Shown piece by piece: positions 24,526 through 36,203 of a DNA stretch of 64,000 bases; the first letter of the stretch is position 1; each line of letters begins with the position of its first letter. Source of the stretch: Felis catus (Eukaryota); the NCBI RefSeq assembly GCF_018350175.1, contig NC_058370.1:2666001-2730000 (forward strand), written 5' to 3'. Below the pieces are notes generated by a model. That model was not told the DNA's origin. It saw only the letters and a list, made by a program, of their open reading frames with translations, and ran no database searches. A program made the translations under genes and the position numbers.

Positions 24526-25453
24526 TTCTTTATGCTTTTAAATGTTCTGTTTCTATTTGAATTTTCCTCTTTTCCTAATAATTTTACAAATTAAAGGAGA
24601 GGGATCGACAAAGAAATTGCAAGTGCATATAGGCCATCCCGTTAAATTAATGATGTGGTACCTACCCACCCATCGATCTATTGTAAAACTTGAAATTTCT
24701 TAATTGAAATGGGGACTAGGGGAAAAAATATAAAATTCCACCGTAAAAGCTAATGGTATAAATGGATTTCTAACGTCCAAATTATTTACGGCTGTAATTA
24801 AATGAACTCTGGAAGGATGAACTTTGCTGTCGCAAATGCAAAGCCACCACGAAAATGGCTTCCTCTGACGCAGAGGATCAGCACCCAAATTCCCTGTCTT
24901 AGCAAAGCCATTCATGTGGGCGATGCCTCCAGGGCTGGGAGGCTGGAGGGGGAGCCAGCACCTTATTTCAAGAACAACATGTCTTCTCTCGAGACACAAT
25001 CCTAAGGTACAATATTTTCTCAGGAATAAAATTTCAATGGTGATATTGATGAAGATGTTTGACAGTCTCCCTTTTTAGGGCCGCCACTGAGCACTCTGCT
25101 CACATAAGGAATCTTCTGTTGCATCCAAACAACCTTACCATGAAGAAAGCCAAGGCCAGTGAGGGGCAGTAATTCCCAGAGTACCCGGTTGGGAACAGAC
25201 AACATCACATTTTAAACCCAAGTCCACTGAACTCTTGGGCCCGACTTTTTAGTTAATATGGCATTTACCTCTATTGTGTTAACGTAATTAATACCCAAAT
25301 TAATTCAAGACTGTTTGGCCGCTGACGGCATGGCTGACTGATGTCGAAATAATACCCCAAGTCTGAAGGTGGGTAAGTTCCTATGTCTGCATGAAATTTC
25401 CATGGAAAAATGTAAATCAAGAGGTGTTTGTTCTTTCTCTCACACTGACTTTT

Positions 25454-25666
25454 AAAAAAAATTTTAAAGTTTATTTATTTTGAGAGAGAGAACATGCGTG
25501 CCAGTGGGAGAGGGGCCGAGAGAGAGGGAGGGAGGGAGAGAATCCCAAGCAGGTCCCACGCTCAGCACAGAACCTGATGCGGAGCTCGATCCCATGACCC
25601 TGGGATCATGACCTGAGCTGAAATCAAGAGTTGCACGCTTAACTGACGGAGCCACCCGGGCGCCTC
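25454..25666 (-). mobile_element. CAN-SINE
   Basis: TSD tctctcacactga at 25436-25448 and 25667-25679. Confidence 0.95.
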
Positions 25667-25869
25667 TCTCTCACACTGATTTTCAATCCATAAATATATT
25701 GTGACAGGCGTGGAACTGACTACTGTTTCCACCCACACTGCTGCAGAGACCCCTGGACTGGTCAGTGGCGTCCACATTGGCCCTGTGGTCTGCTCTCCAC
25801 AGCTCGCAGGGGGAGGCTCCCGAAGGCAGTCCACACACCCCTGCTCTCCAGACCCTGTGGCGGCCCCAC

Positions 25870-26300
25870 CCCACTCAGAGTCAGAACCGGAGTCCTGGCC
25901 AGAGAGCACGAGGCCCTGAAGGGGCGGGCCTCCTCCCTGTGTCCTTGGCTGCCCCCTTCCCTCCTTCACGAAGTATCCGGCCTCTTGGCTCTTTCCCACA
26001 CAGGCAGGCACAAGGGTCTCCCAGGGCACTGGAGTCTGCCCTTCCGTCCGCTGGGAGCACTCCTTTCCAGACCCCCCCCTCAGGGCTCACCCTCTCACCT
26101 GTCCTGGGTTTCTACTTTGATATCACCTCCTGGACCTCGGAGAATACCCCTCCCGGGCCACTACCTCCCCACTCAGGCGGGTGCATTGGCTTCTGGACAC
26201 CCTATCTTTCCACCCTATGGCACTGCCCGCTGGCTGTCAGGAGTCTGTTTCCTGGAGGCAAGCTGGGTTTTCCGTGGTGGTGGGGGTGTCACTCCTGCCC
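25870..26300 (+). mobile_element. Decayed L2 fragment
   Basis: cactcagagtcagaaccggagtcct...gcctcttggctctttccc..cagggcact..cccttccgtccgctgggagcactcctttcc. Confidence 0.5.
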
Positions 26301-26810
26301 TCAGCAGCTCAGCGTCCGGGGAGACCAGCTTGGAGAAGCAGGCGAAGCAGGCTGATTCATGTTCTTTTTGACCAGGGTCATCAGTACCGTCAGGCCTTCG
26401 TCACTGAGGTGCAGAAAGTCCCCTCAGAGAGGGCGGTGGTGATCAGCACAACTTTGCCTGCCGGGGTCCAGGGGCTGATACTGATAGAACATTCCAGTGG
26501 GACACGGGGATGCTGTGGACAGGCTTGCAGATGGTCTCCTCCCACTGTTACTTTTCAGTAAAATTCAGAAAAAATGCAGGCCATCAAGAGGAATCCTGAC
26601 TCAACCTCTTGAGCTCCCAAATTTATGGCCGACTGCTCCCACCGTCCTCTCCTCTTCTGCTTCCCAGGATTCACATGGGTCTTCCTGTCCAGGGTCAGGT
26701 CCCTGCCTTTGTGTGCAGAGCCTGGTTCCCTCCAAGGACCAGGGTCACCCTGTCTGCAAACCCCATCTCTACTGACTTTGTCTCAGCCAGAAACTGTGTC
26801 CCCCGCCCCA

Positions 26811-26812
<2 letters not shown>

Positions 26813-26846
<34 letters not shown>

Positions 26847-26928
26847 ATATGCAGGTGACATGTGTATGCATGTGCACCTGTGGGTGTGTGCAGGTGTGCA
26901 TGAGTGTGTGGGGGTGTGCATGGGTGTG
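26813..26928. repeat. (GT)16 microsatellite with degenerate GT/GC extension
   Basis: Direct reading. Confidence 0.95.
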
Positions 26929-27108
26929 AGGCTAGGCATTGAAGCAGGTTCGACATCCCTAATTCTTAACCCATCTGCTGCATTGCACAGAGTCTCTTAA
27001 AAAGGTTAATTCTGCCCCAAACCCTCCCCTAGGAGACCACCCAGCGGTGGACACGGCCATGGTTTCCTCCAAATTCTAAGATGACCGGGCTCCTGTTTAA
27101 AATCTTCT

Positions 27109-27265
27109 GGGGGTGCCTGGGTGGCTCGATTGGTTAAGCATCTGACTCTCGATCTCGGCTCAGGTCTTGATCTCAGGGTCTTGAATCAAGCCCCAAGTTG
27201 GGCTCCACACTGGGTGGGAAGCCTTCTTAAAAAATAAAAGACGAAAACTAACTAACTAAATAAAT
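27109..27265 (+). mobile_element. Short, older CAN-SINE lacking the (CT)n region
   Basis: ggggtgcctgggtggctcgattggttaagcatctgactctcgatctcggctcagg...ggctccacactggg, followed by an A-rich tail. Confidence 0.88.
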
Positions 27266-27294
27266 ATAACCTTCTGATAGTCCATATAGCACAA

Positions 27295-27830
27295 GCTCTG
27301 CTCCCAACATTTCTGTCTCAAGATCCAGCTACACTCCTGGGAATTATTTAAGACCCAGAGAGATTTTGTTTATATGGGTTATATCTTTTTCTCAGTTTAT
27401 GTGGACTCTGTATTTTGGTATTTATCATATTAGAAGTTAAAGCTGTGGCATTAATATTTATTTATTTCAGAATAAAAGTAAGAATCCCAGTACAGTTTAA
27501 CACAACGTTTGTTTTTTTTCATGAAGAAAAAAGCCTAAGTTCTAAGACAAAACACAATGAGGATGTGTACTCAAGGGTTGAGGTTTAATAAAAGTAACAT
27601 TTTTTTTCCGGCTACATCAAGGGCATTTCAAAGTGAAATTGGCATTTCTTTGCGAGTACGTGTGCTCACCTGCAGGGTTCGTCCAGGCCGCCTCCACACA
27701 TACCGCTGGTGTCTGGAAAGGCAAGTGAACACTTCTGCAGTAACTGTGCAAATAGCCTTGACTTCGGGGTCCAGGTTTCACATTTGGGGAACCATATTTG
27801 GAGACCGCTGGCCCAGAACGATAGCGTCTA
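27295..27830. mobile_element. hAT-Charlie non-autonomous element (MER119-like)
   Basis: tctcaagatcc..tacactc...aattatttaagaccc..gagattttgtttatatgggttatatc ... ends accatatttggagaccgctg. Confidence 0.7.
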
Positions 27831-28039
27831 AGCCATCATGGTATTTCTGGCCCGTGGCCGCGCCCCTGCCAGACTCTGCCACCCCGTGGCCGGCAGGGTG
27901 ACGTGGCGCTGAGGTCTTACGCACTTCCTGCCGTGGCTTCCTGCACGTGGCTGTCCCTACCCCAGCAGCCCCCCAAGCCCGTCCCTGTGCCTGGCTACCA
28001 CTCCCCGTCTTCATCATCACCTCATTTGCCAGTCGCCCA

Positions 28040-28522
28040 TTTGCTGTGAAGCAAACCACCCGTATTTTAGGGGCTTTAGGTGACACAGTCATTTACTGTG
28101 TACATGAACTTTCTACGTGGGAGGACACAGAGGGGACAGTTTGTCTCTGCTGCACGTGGCATCAGCAGAGGTGGCTTGGCCCGGGCTGGAGGACTCACTT
28201 CTAAGATGGCTTCTCATGTGGCAGGTGAGCGGGGCTGGCTGATGCCCCCTCACCCCAGCGTCTCCACGGGGCGACCTGGGTGCCTTCCCCGCATGGCGGC
28301 TGGGTGTCGAGAGGGGGAATCTCCAGAGACCTGTGTGGAGGCGGCCTCACGTTCTGGGGCCTGTCTCTGGAGTCATCCCTTCCTTGGCTGTCACCCTCTG
28401 AGCAGATTCAGAGGGAGGAAACATAGACCCTCCTCCTTGCTGGAAGGATCTTGGAAGTCACCTTATGAGAAGAGCCTGTGGAGTATCGTTGCAGCCAATT
28501 CTGGAAAGTGCCATCTGCCACA
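28040..28522 (-). mobile_element. MaLR solo LTR (MLT1F/H-like)
   Basis: gctggaggactcacttctaagatggcttctcatgtggc...cagattcagagggaggaaacatagacc...tctgccaca end. Confidence 0.75.
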
Positions 28523-29499
28523 TTCCTCCGTGAAGCCTCACCCACCTCCACAGCCAGATGACTGCGCCTTCTCGGGGCTCCCGGGAGACCCAGCGCGTCT
28601 CCGGAGGACACCCACCACACGCCAATGAGATCCTCTGCACAGGTCAGCGCCTCACGCCCCGGCCTGCCCGCCCCCACCTGTGAGCAGCCCTGCCTGGCAG
28701 GACAGGTAAGCCACCTGGTTTCTATCAGCGAGTGAGTACTTGAGTAAGTGAGTGGCACACATCTTCTCTGTCTTCTTTTCTATTTGCCTCGTTTTGAGCA
28801 GGTTGTTCAATGGCTTTGGTTGGCAGCTTCCTCATATTATGCACGCGAGTGATGAAGGAAGTGCCCAAGTCACGGGTGTGGCGAGGAGCCAACGCCATGA
28901 CCGACGGAAAGGCAGGTGGAACAGAGCAGAGACTCGATGGATGCGTCTGAACTTGAGGAGGTGGCGATGGGCGGAGAGTTTACTTGATGACAAAGCGGTC
29001 CAAAGAGCTGGATGAGGCACCGAAGGAGCCCCGTGGGGCTCCCTGGGAGCGACACCTGGCCTTGCACCTTGGCCGGAAGAAAATGACGGAAGCTTTTTAG
29101 ACAAGAATCACTTAGAAAGGGCAGGAGCTACTTTATTTGAGATCTGAATACACTTCCCATAATTAGTTCTTCGCTTAGCTCAATAATTCCCCTGTAAGCA
29201 TGTAATTCATTATAAATAAATATTACCATGGAGATGCAATGATTATAATAATTTTAGAGTGTTTACTCTATATGAATGCTTTGTAACCATATGCACTTAC
29301 CATTGTGGAGTAAAGCTCTGAGCCTTCTAATGAGCTGGCCGTTTAATGTTTGTATTCTGACTATTTTCTTCATAAGCAAAGTCGTGCAGACCGGGGTGGA
29401 GTGCGGCATTGGGATCGTGGGGACATCTGGGACAAAGGTCCAGCTGATTTTTTGATTTCCATCTAGGCCACGGATTCTCAGGATCGGTGAGGACAAACT

Positions 29500-29765
29500 T
29501 ACTTTCACAACAAAACCAAAGGTCATCTACCTTCCTCTCATGTTTTAAATGAGTGCACAGTGGAGTTTTCTGGAGGCCTCGTCAGCTCGTATGACATCAT
29601 CACTCCGACGCTTAAGGGCAGGTGTGCTTGCAATTCTCTCAAGTTTTAAACTTTTCTCAGCTTTAATGTGGTAAGTGTTGACGGACAAAAACAGAAGCTC
29701 TTTGGAGTTCTCCCTAATTGTGAGAGTGAAAACAGGTCCTGAGAACACGAGCCAAGTTGTGTCTG
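29500..29765. mobile_element. hAT-Charlie non-autonomous element (MER102-like)
   Basis: gagtgcacagtggagttttctggaggc...tgacatcatcactc...aagctctttggagttctc...gagagtgaaaacaggtcctgaga. Confidence 0.65.
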
Positions 29766-29997
29766 CTGCACTCTTGCCCAGATACCACCCGTTCTCTCCT
29801 TGGAGGGGCAGCCGCAGACCAGGGCCTCCTTGGCTGGATTTAGGACACTGTGTGGAGAGATAGAGACAGAGACAGAGACAGAGAGTCAGAGATGAAGAAG
29901 GGGGAGATCGGGGGCTGTTATGGGGTCTTCCCTAGCTAACCCTTCCTGTATAACAAACCATTCCCACACTTCATGGCTTAAAACAACCACCTCAGAC

Positions 29998-30745
29998 AAT
30001 TGAAAAATGGGCAGAAGACACGAACAGACACTTCTCCAAAGAAGACATCCAGGTGGCCGACAGACCCATGAAAAGAAGTTCAACATCACTCATCATCAGG
30101 GAAATGCAAATCAAAACTACAATGAGATACCACATCACACCTGTCAGGATGGCTACACTCGACAACACAGGAAGCAACAGGTGCTGGTGAGGATGTGGGG
30201 GAAAAGGGAACCCACGTGCATCGTNNNNNNNNNNNNNNNNNNNNNNNNNNNNNNNNNNNNNNNNNNNNNNNNNNNNNNNNNNNNNNNNNNNNNNNNNNNN
30301 NNNNNNNNNNNNNNNNNNNNNNNNNNNNNNNNNNNNNNNNNNNNNNNNNNNNNNNATTCAAAAAGATACATGCACCCCCATGTTTATAGCAGCATTAGCT
30401 ACAACGGCCAAGTTATGGAAACAGCCCAAGGGTCCATCGACTGATGAATGGGGAAGGACAGTGTGGTGGATATACTGCTCAGCCTCCAAAAGGAATGAAA
30501 TCTTGCCACTCATAACAACACGGATGGATGCAGTGGGTATAATGCTAAGTGAAATAAATAAGACAAAGGCAATTACCGTATGATCTCACACATGTTTGGA
30601 ATGTAGGAAACAAAACAAAAGAACAAAGAAAAAAGAGACAAACAAAGGAACCCAGCCTCTTAAATACAGAGGACAAATTAGTGGTTGCCAGATTGGAGGT
30701 GAGTAGGGGTTGGATGAAATTATTTTTTTTTCTTAAAGACAAAAG
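29998..30745 (+). mobile_element. Carnivore L1 3' fragment (5'-truncated)
   Basis: aaaaatgggcagaagacacgaacagacacttctccaaagaagacatcc...atgcaaatcaaaactacaatgagatacc...aatgaaatcttgcca...gtggttgccaga. Confidence 0.93.
30225..30355. other. Assembly gap (131 N)
   Basis: Run of N. Confidence 1.
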
Positions 30746-31685
30746 ACACAGTTGCCTCAGATGCTTCAAAACGATTTATCTAACTCTTGATTCTGAGGCT
30801 TGGGGGTTGAACTTAGCTGGGTGGCTCGTGTGGTCACAGCCGGGCTGTCTTCCCTCTGAGGTCCACCGCCGGGACCTCGGCAGCTCTGTCCTCAGGGGTT
30901 GGCTGGCATTGGCCATGTACCTCGGCTCTCCTCCTCCAGCAGGGCAGCCAGGCTTACTCCCATGGACAGCGCTGGGGTCCAGGAGAGTGAGCAGAGTCTC
31001 TCAAGGCTCTTAAGGCTTCGGAGTCGCCCCAGCCAGTCACGAGTCCAGTCCACTGTCAAGGGCTGAGGGTGTAGACTCCACCTGACATGGCGGGGCTGCA
31101 AGTTCACACAGCAAAGAGCATCTTTATAGCACCCAGTGAAGCCATCTTTGCAGACTGTCCGCCTCCCTCTGAGCCACTGTCACACAGGCCCCTCTGTTTG
31201 TCACTCAGGTCTCACACCTGTCCTCCGCCCAAGAGGCACAGACCGGCGATCATCACCACTGATGGCCGTTTTCTGAGTAGAGCAATTGTTTTAGGCAAAC
31301 ATCAGACTTCATCTGCACAACGTGAACTCTGTACTTCTCACTTAAGTAGTGTTATTTGTTAAGAAGCAGATGTTTGGAATTATAACCTATTTTTCTCCGA
31401 ATCAAGGACAATTCAGTTTCTTTAGATTGCTCTCTGAGACGTGCATCGTGCTGACAGAATTTGAACATTTCCCATATGTTCCAATTCATGACATTCTGCA
31501 GGAGGGTCCACAGAGTCCCAGCAGTGTTAAGTTTGACTGGCACCAGTCAGCTTCAAATAATTTTTGATACATGGATGCACCTGTAAAAATGGTTAAGGAA
31601 AGGTAAAAGCTTTGAAAAGGAAGACAGCTCTTTTCTCAGTGACAAAGCGGGCATTTAACAGTGATGTCCACGTGACCAGCTGCGT

Positions 31686-31719
31686 TTGTTCTAAACTAGA
31701 TTGTTCTAAACTAGATTGT
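31686..31719. repeat. 15-bp tandem duplication (ttgttctaaactaga x2.3)
   Basis: Direct reading. Confidence 0.9.
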
Positions 31720-33292
31720 AAAACCCACAGTGCCGTGGTGATACCGTAGGCAGGGAATATAGAATCTTGAGGAAAGAAAAGGCACTGATTTAATGGTCAT
31801 TATTTTCATACATTCTTTTTGGAAATTGGAACGTTTGAGTTTAAAATAAATGTTGGCGTCTGTAAAGGTACCATATTGTCAGCTCTCACTAAACCGCTTT
31901 CCCCAATTCCAGAATTTCTGAGGGTCTAAATCTCAGAGCCACTCTGCATCCATTCAGTTAGCTCTGACACACACCCAGTGTGCCAACGATAGCAACCTCG
32001 ATGCCAATCGCTGGAGTATCATTACGAGAGTCCACACAAATATCCTGGAGATGAACCGCTTCTCAAATCCGGGAGTCAAGGAAAATTCCCCAAAGGATGT
32101 TAGTGCCCAGAAATTACAAGTCTGTTCAAAAAGAGCATCATCACACCTGTGCTTTCCAGAAGGCTCTCCCGGACCCGTGAGTTATGCTGAGGTTAAGACA
32201 GATTAGCTGCATCAAGCTGGAAGTGGAATGAAATACGCTTTTGCACCTTCAGGAACCATCCATTTGACTTACCACTTGTCCGACCCATGGCTGTGGGTGA
32301 ATTTATCACACCAGCATGGAATCCAGCAGGAGCCTGTCTCCCACTACCTGGCTTGTAATCAACAACCCACTCTTGGAGATTTTGGGCTGCCTCACCTGGT
32401 TATGCCAATAAATCTGGGTGTATAGCTCCTTGATTTGTTATTGATTTCCCCACGGACGAATCTGAGGCTGCATTTTCAGTGATAGGTCTTCAGACCGGGA
32501 ATGCGGTGCAAAGGAACCACTCTGCCAATATCGGGAGGCTCACGGGGTGACCTCCTCTTTGTGATCGAAGCTCAGCATCGGGGCTGAGCGAATGCTGTGG
32601 GTGCAACTCGCTGGCACTTAAGCGGAAGGACGGTGTGGAGCAGGCGGGCCAGAGCGTGGTCATGCTTGACCATGGCGTTGGGAGCCTCCGGACACCAGTC
32701 AAAGACGGCGTCCATAAAGCTTTTTCTGTATTATTCACGACTGTTATTGATTTTGCTTAAAAATACTCCGTTGCATTCCAAAGACCCGTTGGTGAAAATT
32801 TTCAACATGTAAACACTCTGTACGGTGTGGATTGCAAGGCTAGAATGTAAAGGGTTGAGTCAGCTTTTCTGGGATCCTGGCTTTGAGAAACACTCTGGTT
32901 GGAATTCTCAGACTGTTGTCAGGGGGTATTCGTCTTTAGATCCTGTTTGGAAATGGGTCGCGTTGTAAAATTGGAGGAGAATGAAACAGATCTGCCAACC
33001 GTAATAGAGACTCAGCGTCCTGCCAGCGGGTGCGTGGGCACAACATCATCAGTCAAAGTGAACCTCCCTCCTTCCAGGGAAAAACCAACCTGCCCACTCT
33101 GGCGGGTTTTGCTCAGCAAACCTTTCCACTCCCAATCATTGCTGTTTATCCGACTCACACTGGCTTCCAACGCGGTTTTCTCTGTCTCCTCTATTTTTAT
33201 TAAACAGATTCTCATGCCGTCTTCTAATGTTCATTGGAAGAAGTTTGAACATGTGAACAGAGGGCTGAAGAATTGTTTTAAAAAAAAATCCT

Positions 33293-33507
33293 GGGGCGCC
33301 TGGGTGGCGCAGTCGGTTAAGCGTCCGACTTCAGCCAGGTCACGATCTCGCGGTCCGTGAGCTCGAGCCCCGCGTCGGGCTCTGGGCTGATGGCTGGGAG
33401 CCTGGAGCCTGCTTCGGATTCTGTGTCTCCCTCTCTCTCTGCCCCTCCCCCGTTCATGCTCTGTCTCTCTCTGTCCCCAAAATAAATAAACGTTGAAAAA
33501 AAAATTA
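33293..33507 (+). mobile_element. Young felid SINE (SINEC_Fc)
   Basis: ggtggcgcagtcggttaagcgtccgacttcagccaggtcacgatctcgcggtccgtgag with CpGs intact. Perfect TSD aaaaaaaaatcct at 33280-33292 and 33508-33520. Confidence 0.97.
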
Positions 33508-35055
33508 AAAAAAAAATCCTTTGAGCAGGGAGGTGTTGGAATTTCATGCCGAGTTTCTGAGGCCGCCTTAGACTGCGTTGTTTATGGAGTGCACATGACC
33601 GGCCTCAGATTTCTGAGGCTCCCAGAGCGTGTGTGCTCCTCTGTGGTGCACACGTCCTCTGCCTGCTTCCTCTGCCCAGAGGTCCTCCTGGAAAACTCCT
33701 CTTATGGGTGATCTCGCCGAGTGCACTCTAAGAGCCCACTAGATCTAAAAGGAAACATTTGTGTAGTTGGAGTATTTCAGATCTACTATTAGATACCCAC
33801 GGGGTATTCTGGGAACATATATTTAAAAAAATCAGTGCTCAGACATCAGGGTTTCAGACGTGGGCTCCTAAGTTCTGGCAACGTGGAAGAAATGGGAATT
33901 TGAAGCTCGGTGGCCCCCTTGGCGAGTGCCCACGGAGGCAGCCTGTAACCCTTCTCAGCGCTAAGGAGTTTCTAGCAGCCAGCACGCGCTTCTAGAGGAA
34001 GTGCTCTACAAACCTCTCTCTCTGCAGAGCAACCTCACCAAAAGAACCTGCAGGAAGGAAGAGCCTGGTAAACCTTAATTCACCTGGTGGCGATTTCCAG
34101 GATTTCCCCCATATTATTAAGGAGCTCTCCAGCACAGGCCCTGGGAAGGAGAGCAGGGGAGGGGTGGGGAACCCACATTTGCATATCAAAGGAGCCACAG
34201 GAAGCTCAGTCATTTTGCAAATCGCTTATTAGATGTTCTGTTTGTAAATAGTGAAGCCGGTCTGCTCTTTGATTTGGGTTGCTCCAGTCCTCTGAACACC
34301 CCTATTCTTTTGAAGATAAAACCCGGAGTTTTCTTTACTTAGGTGCTAGATAATCTCTGCCTGGCCCAGAGCAGAGTGTAAATATCATTCCCTGCCCCTC
34401 ACGTACCATCCTCTCCCGTCCCCTCGCCAATCCTCTTTCTTTCGCAGAAATAAGCAAGCTCGGTCAAAATGTGTGGAAAGCCAGGGCTGAAGGTGGTTTT
34501 TAAAGTTTAAAGAAAAAGTTGTAGTGTCCACTACTCCCTTCACACGGACACAATGGCAGAAAGAGTGTGGTTTTGAGAAGAAAACAAATCTCGTTTTGAA
34601 AGCCAACGATTCTGTGACCATCGGCAGCTGCTTCGAGCCCTGTGAGAGACGGGAGCCTGGGTTTTCTAGCCGGTTCTCTCGCGAGAGAGGACTGGGACTA
34701 CACTGCAGGGCCACCGTGCAGGTTACGATGAGACCTGTCCTCCCAACGAGCCAGTGACACAGAGAGAAAGGCAGGCACTTTTCTTGAGTAAGAGACACTC
34801 AAGTGACCTGACGAACAGATGTGACTCGTGCGTGTTGTCTGACTTGGATGTGGACAGACTGGTGACAAGAAGACATTTTGGTGGGGGTGGGGGAAATTTG
34901 ACATGGATGTGCTTTGGATGAGATGAAGGAAGGATGTTGATTTTGTTAAGTCTAATAATAGCGTTGTGGTTTACGAGCAAACGTCTGCTTCTGTAAGGGA
35001 TGTGCCCTGAAGGCTTCAAGTACAGCCAAAATGTCATCCTGTCAGTAATTCATTT

Positions 35056-35458
35056 CTTTAATCTAAATTTTAGTTAGTTAACGTAAGTGCAATATTGGAG
35101 AATTTAAGTGATTGATCGCTTACATATGACACCCAGTGCTCATCCCAACAAGCGTCCTCCTCAATGCCCATCCCCCATTTAGCCCATCCCCCACCCCTCC
35201 CTCCATCAACCCTGAGTTTGTTCTCTGCATTTAAGAGTCTCTTATGGTTTGTTTCCCTTTCTTCTCTTTTGTCCTCCCCTTCCCATGTGTTCATCTGTTT
35301 TGTTTCTTAAATTACACATATGAGAGAAACCATATGGTATTTGTCTTTCTCTGACTGACTTAGTTTGCCTAGCATAATACATTCTAGCTCTATCCATGTA
35401 GTTGCAGATGGCAAGATTTCATTCTTTTTCATAGCTTATTAATATTCTGTTGTGTGTA

Positions 35459-35494
<36 letters not shown>

Positions 35495-36085
35495 GATATA
35501 TATAGGCTATTGGTGATAGTGCTGTTATAAACACTGGGGTGCATGTACCCCTTTGAGTCTGTAATTTTGATCTTTTGGGTAAATACCTAATAGTGCAGTT
35601 GCTGGATTGTAGGGTAGTTTTACTTTTAGTTTTCTAAAGAACCTCCATACTGTGTTCCAGAGTGGCTGCCCCAGCTTACATTTCCACCATCATTGCACAA
35701 GCGTCCCCACCAACACCACTTGTTTCTTGTGTTGTTAATTGTAACCATTCTGACAGGTGTGAGGTGGTATCTCAATGTGGTTTTGATTTGCATTTCCCTG
35801 ATGGTGAGTGATGTGGAGCATCTTTTCATATGTCTGTTGGCCATCTGGATGTCTTCTTTGGAGAAGTGCCTGTTCATTTCTTCTGCCCATTTCTTAACGG
35901 GCTTGTTTTTTTTTTTTTTTTTTTTTTGCTGTCGCGTTTGGTAAGTTCTTTACAGATTTTGGATACTAACCTTTTATCTATATGTCGTTCGCAGATATCT
36001 TCTCCCTTTCCGTCGGTGGCCTTTTAGTTTAGTTGATTGTTTCCTTCGCTGTGCAGAAGCTTTTTATCTTGATGAGGTCCCAATA
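35056..36085 (-). mobile_element. Carnivore L1, 3' segment
   Basis: ORF 35626-35877 reads [44 protein letters not shown] (L1 ORF2 C-terminus). Carnivore 3'UTR acacccagtgctcatcccaacaag. Internal (TG)n at about 35451-35500. Confidence 0.95.
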
Positions 36086-36203
36086 TGAGGCAGGAAACCA
36101 TCAAACTCCTAGAGGAGAACACAGGCAGCAACCTCGTTGACCTCGGCCAGAGCAGCTCTTACTGGACACGTCACTGAGGGCAAGGGAAACCAAAGCAAAA
36201 ATG
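36086..36203 (+). mobile_element. Inverted 5' segment of the same L1
   Basis: tgaggcaggaaaccatcaaactcctagaggagaacacaggcagcaacctc...gcaaaaatg is the L1 sequence immediately upstream of the minus-strand segment. Confidence 0.9.

Larger units (their letters stand above)
29940..31160 (-). mobile_element. MaLR solo LTR (MLT1I/J-like) interrupted by L1
   Basis: gtataacaaaccattccc..cttcatggcttaaaacaac on the left. ttagctgggtggctc...tccagcagggcagccaggctt...tagactccacct...gccatctttgca on the right. Confidence 0.7.
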
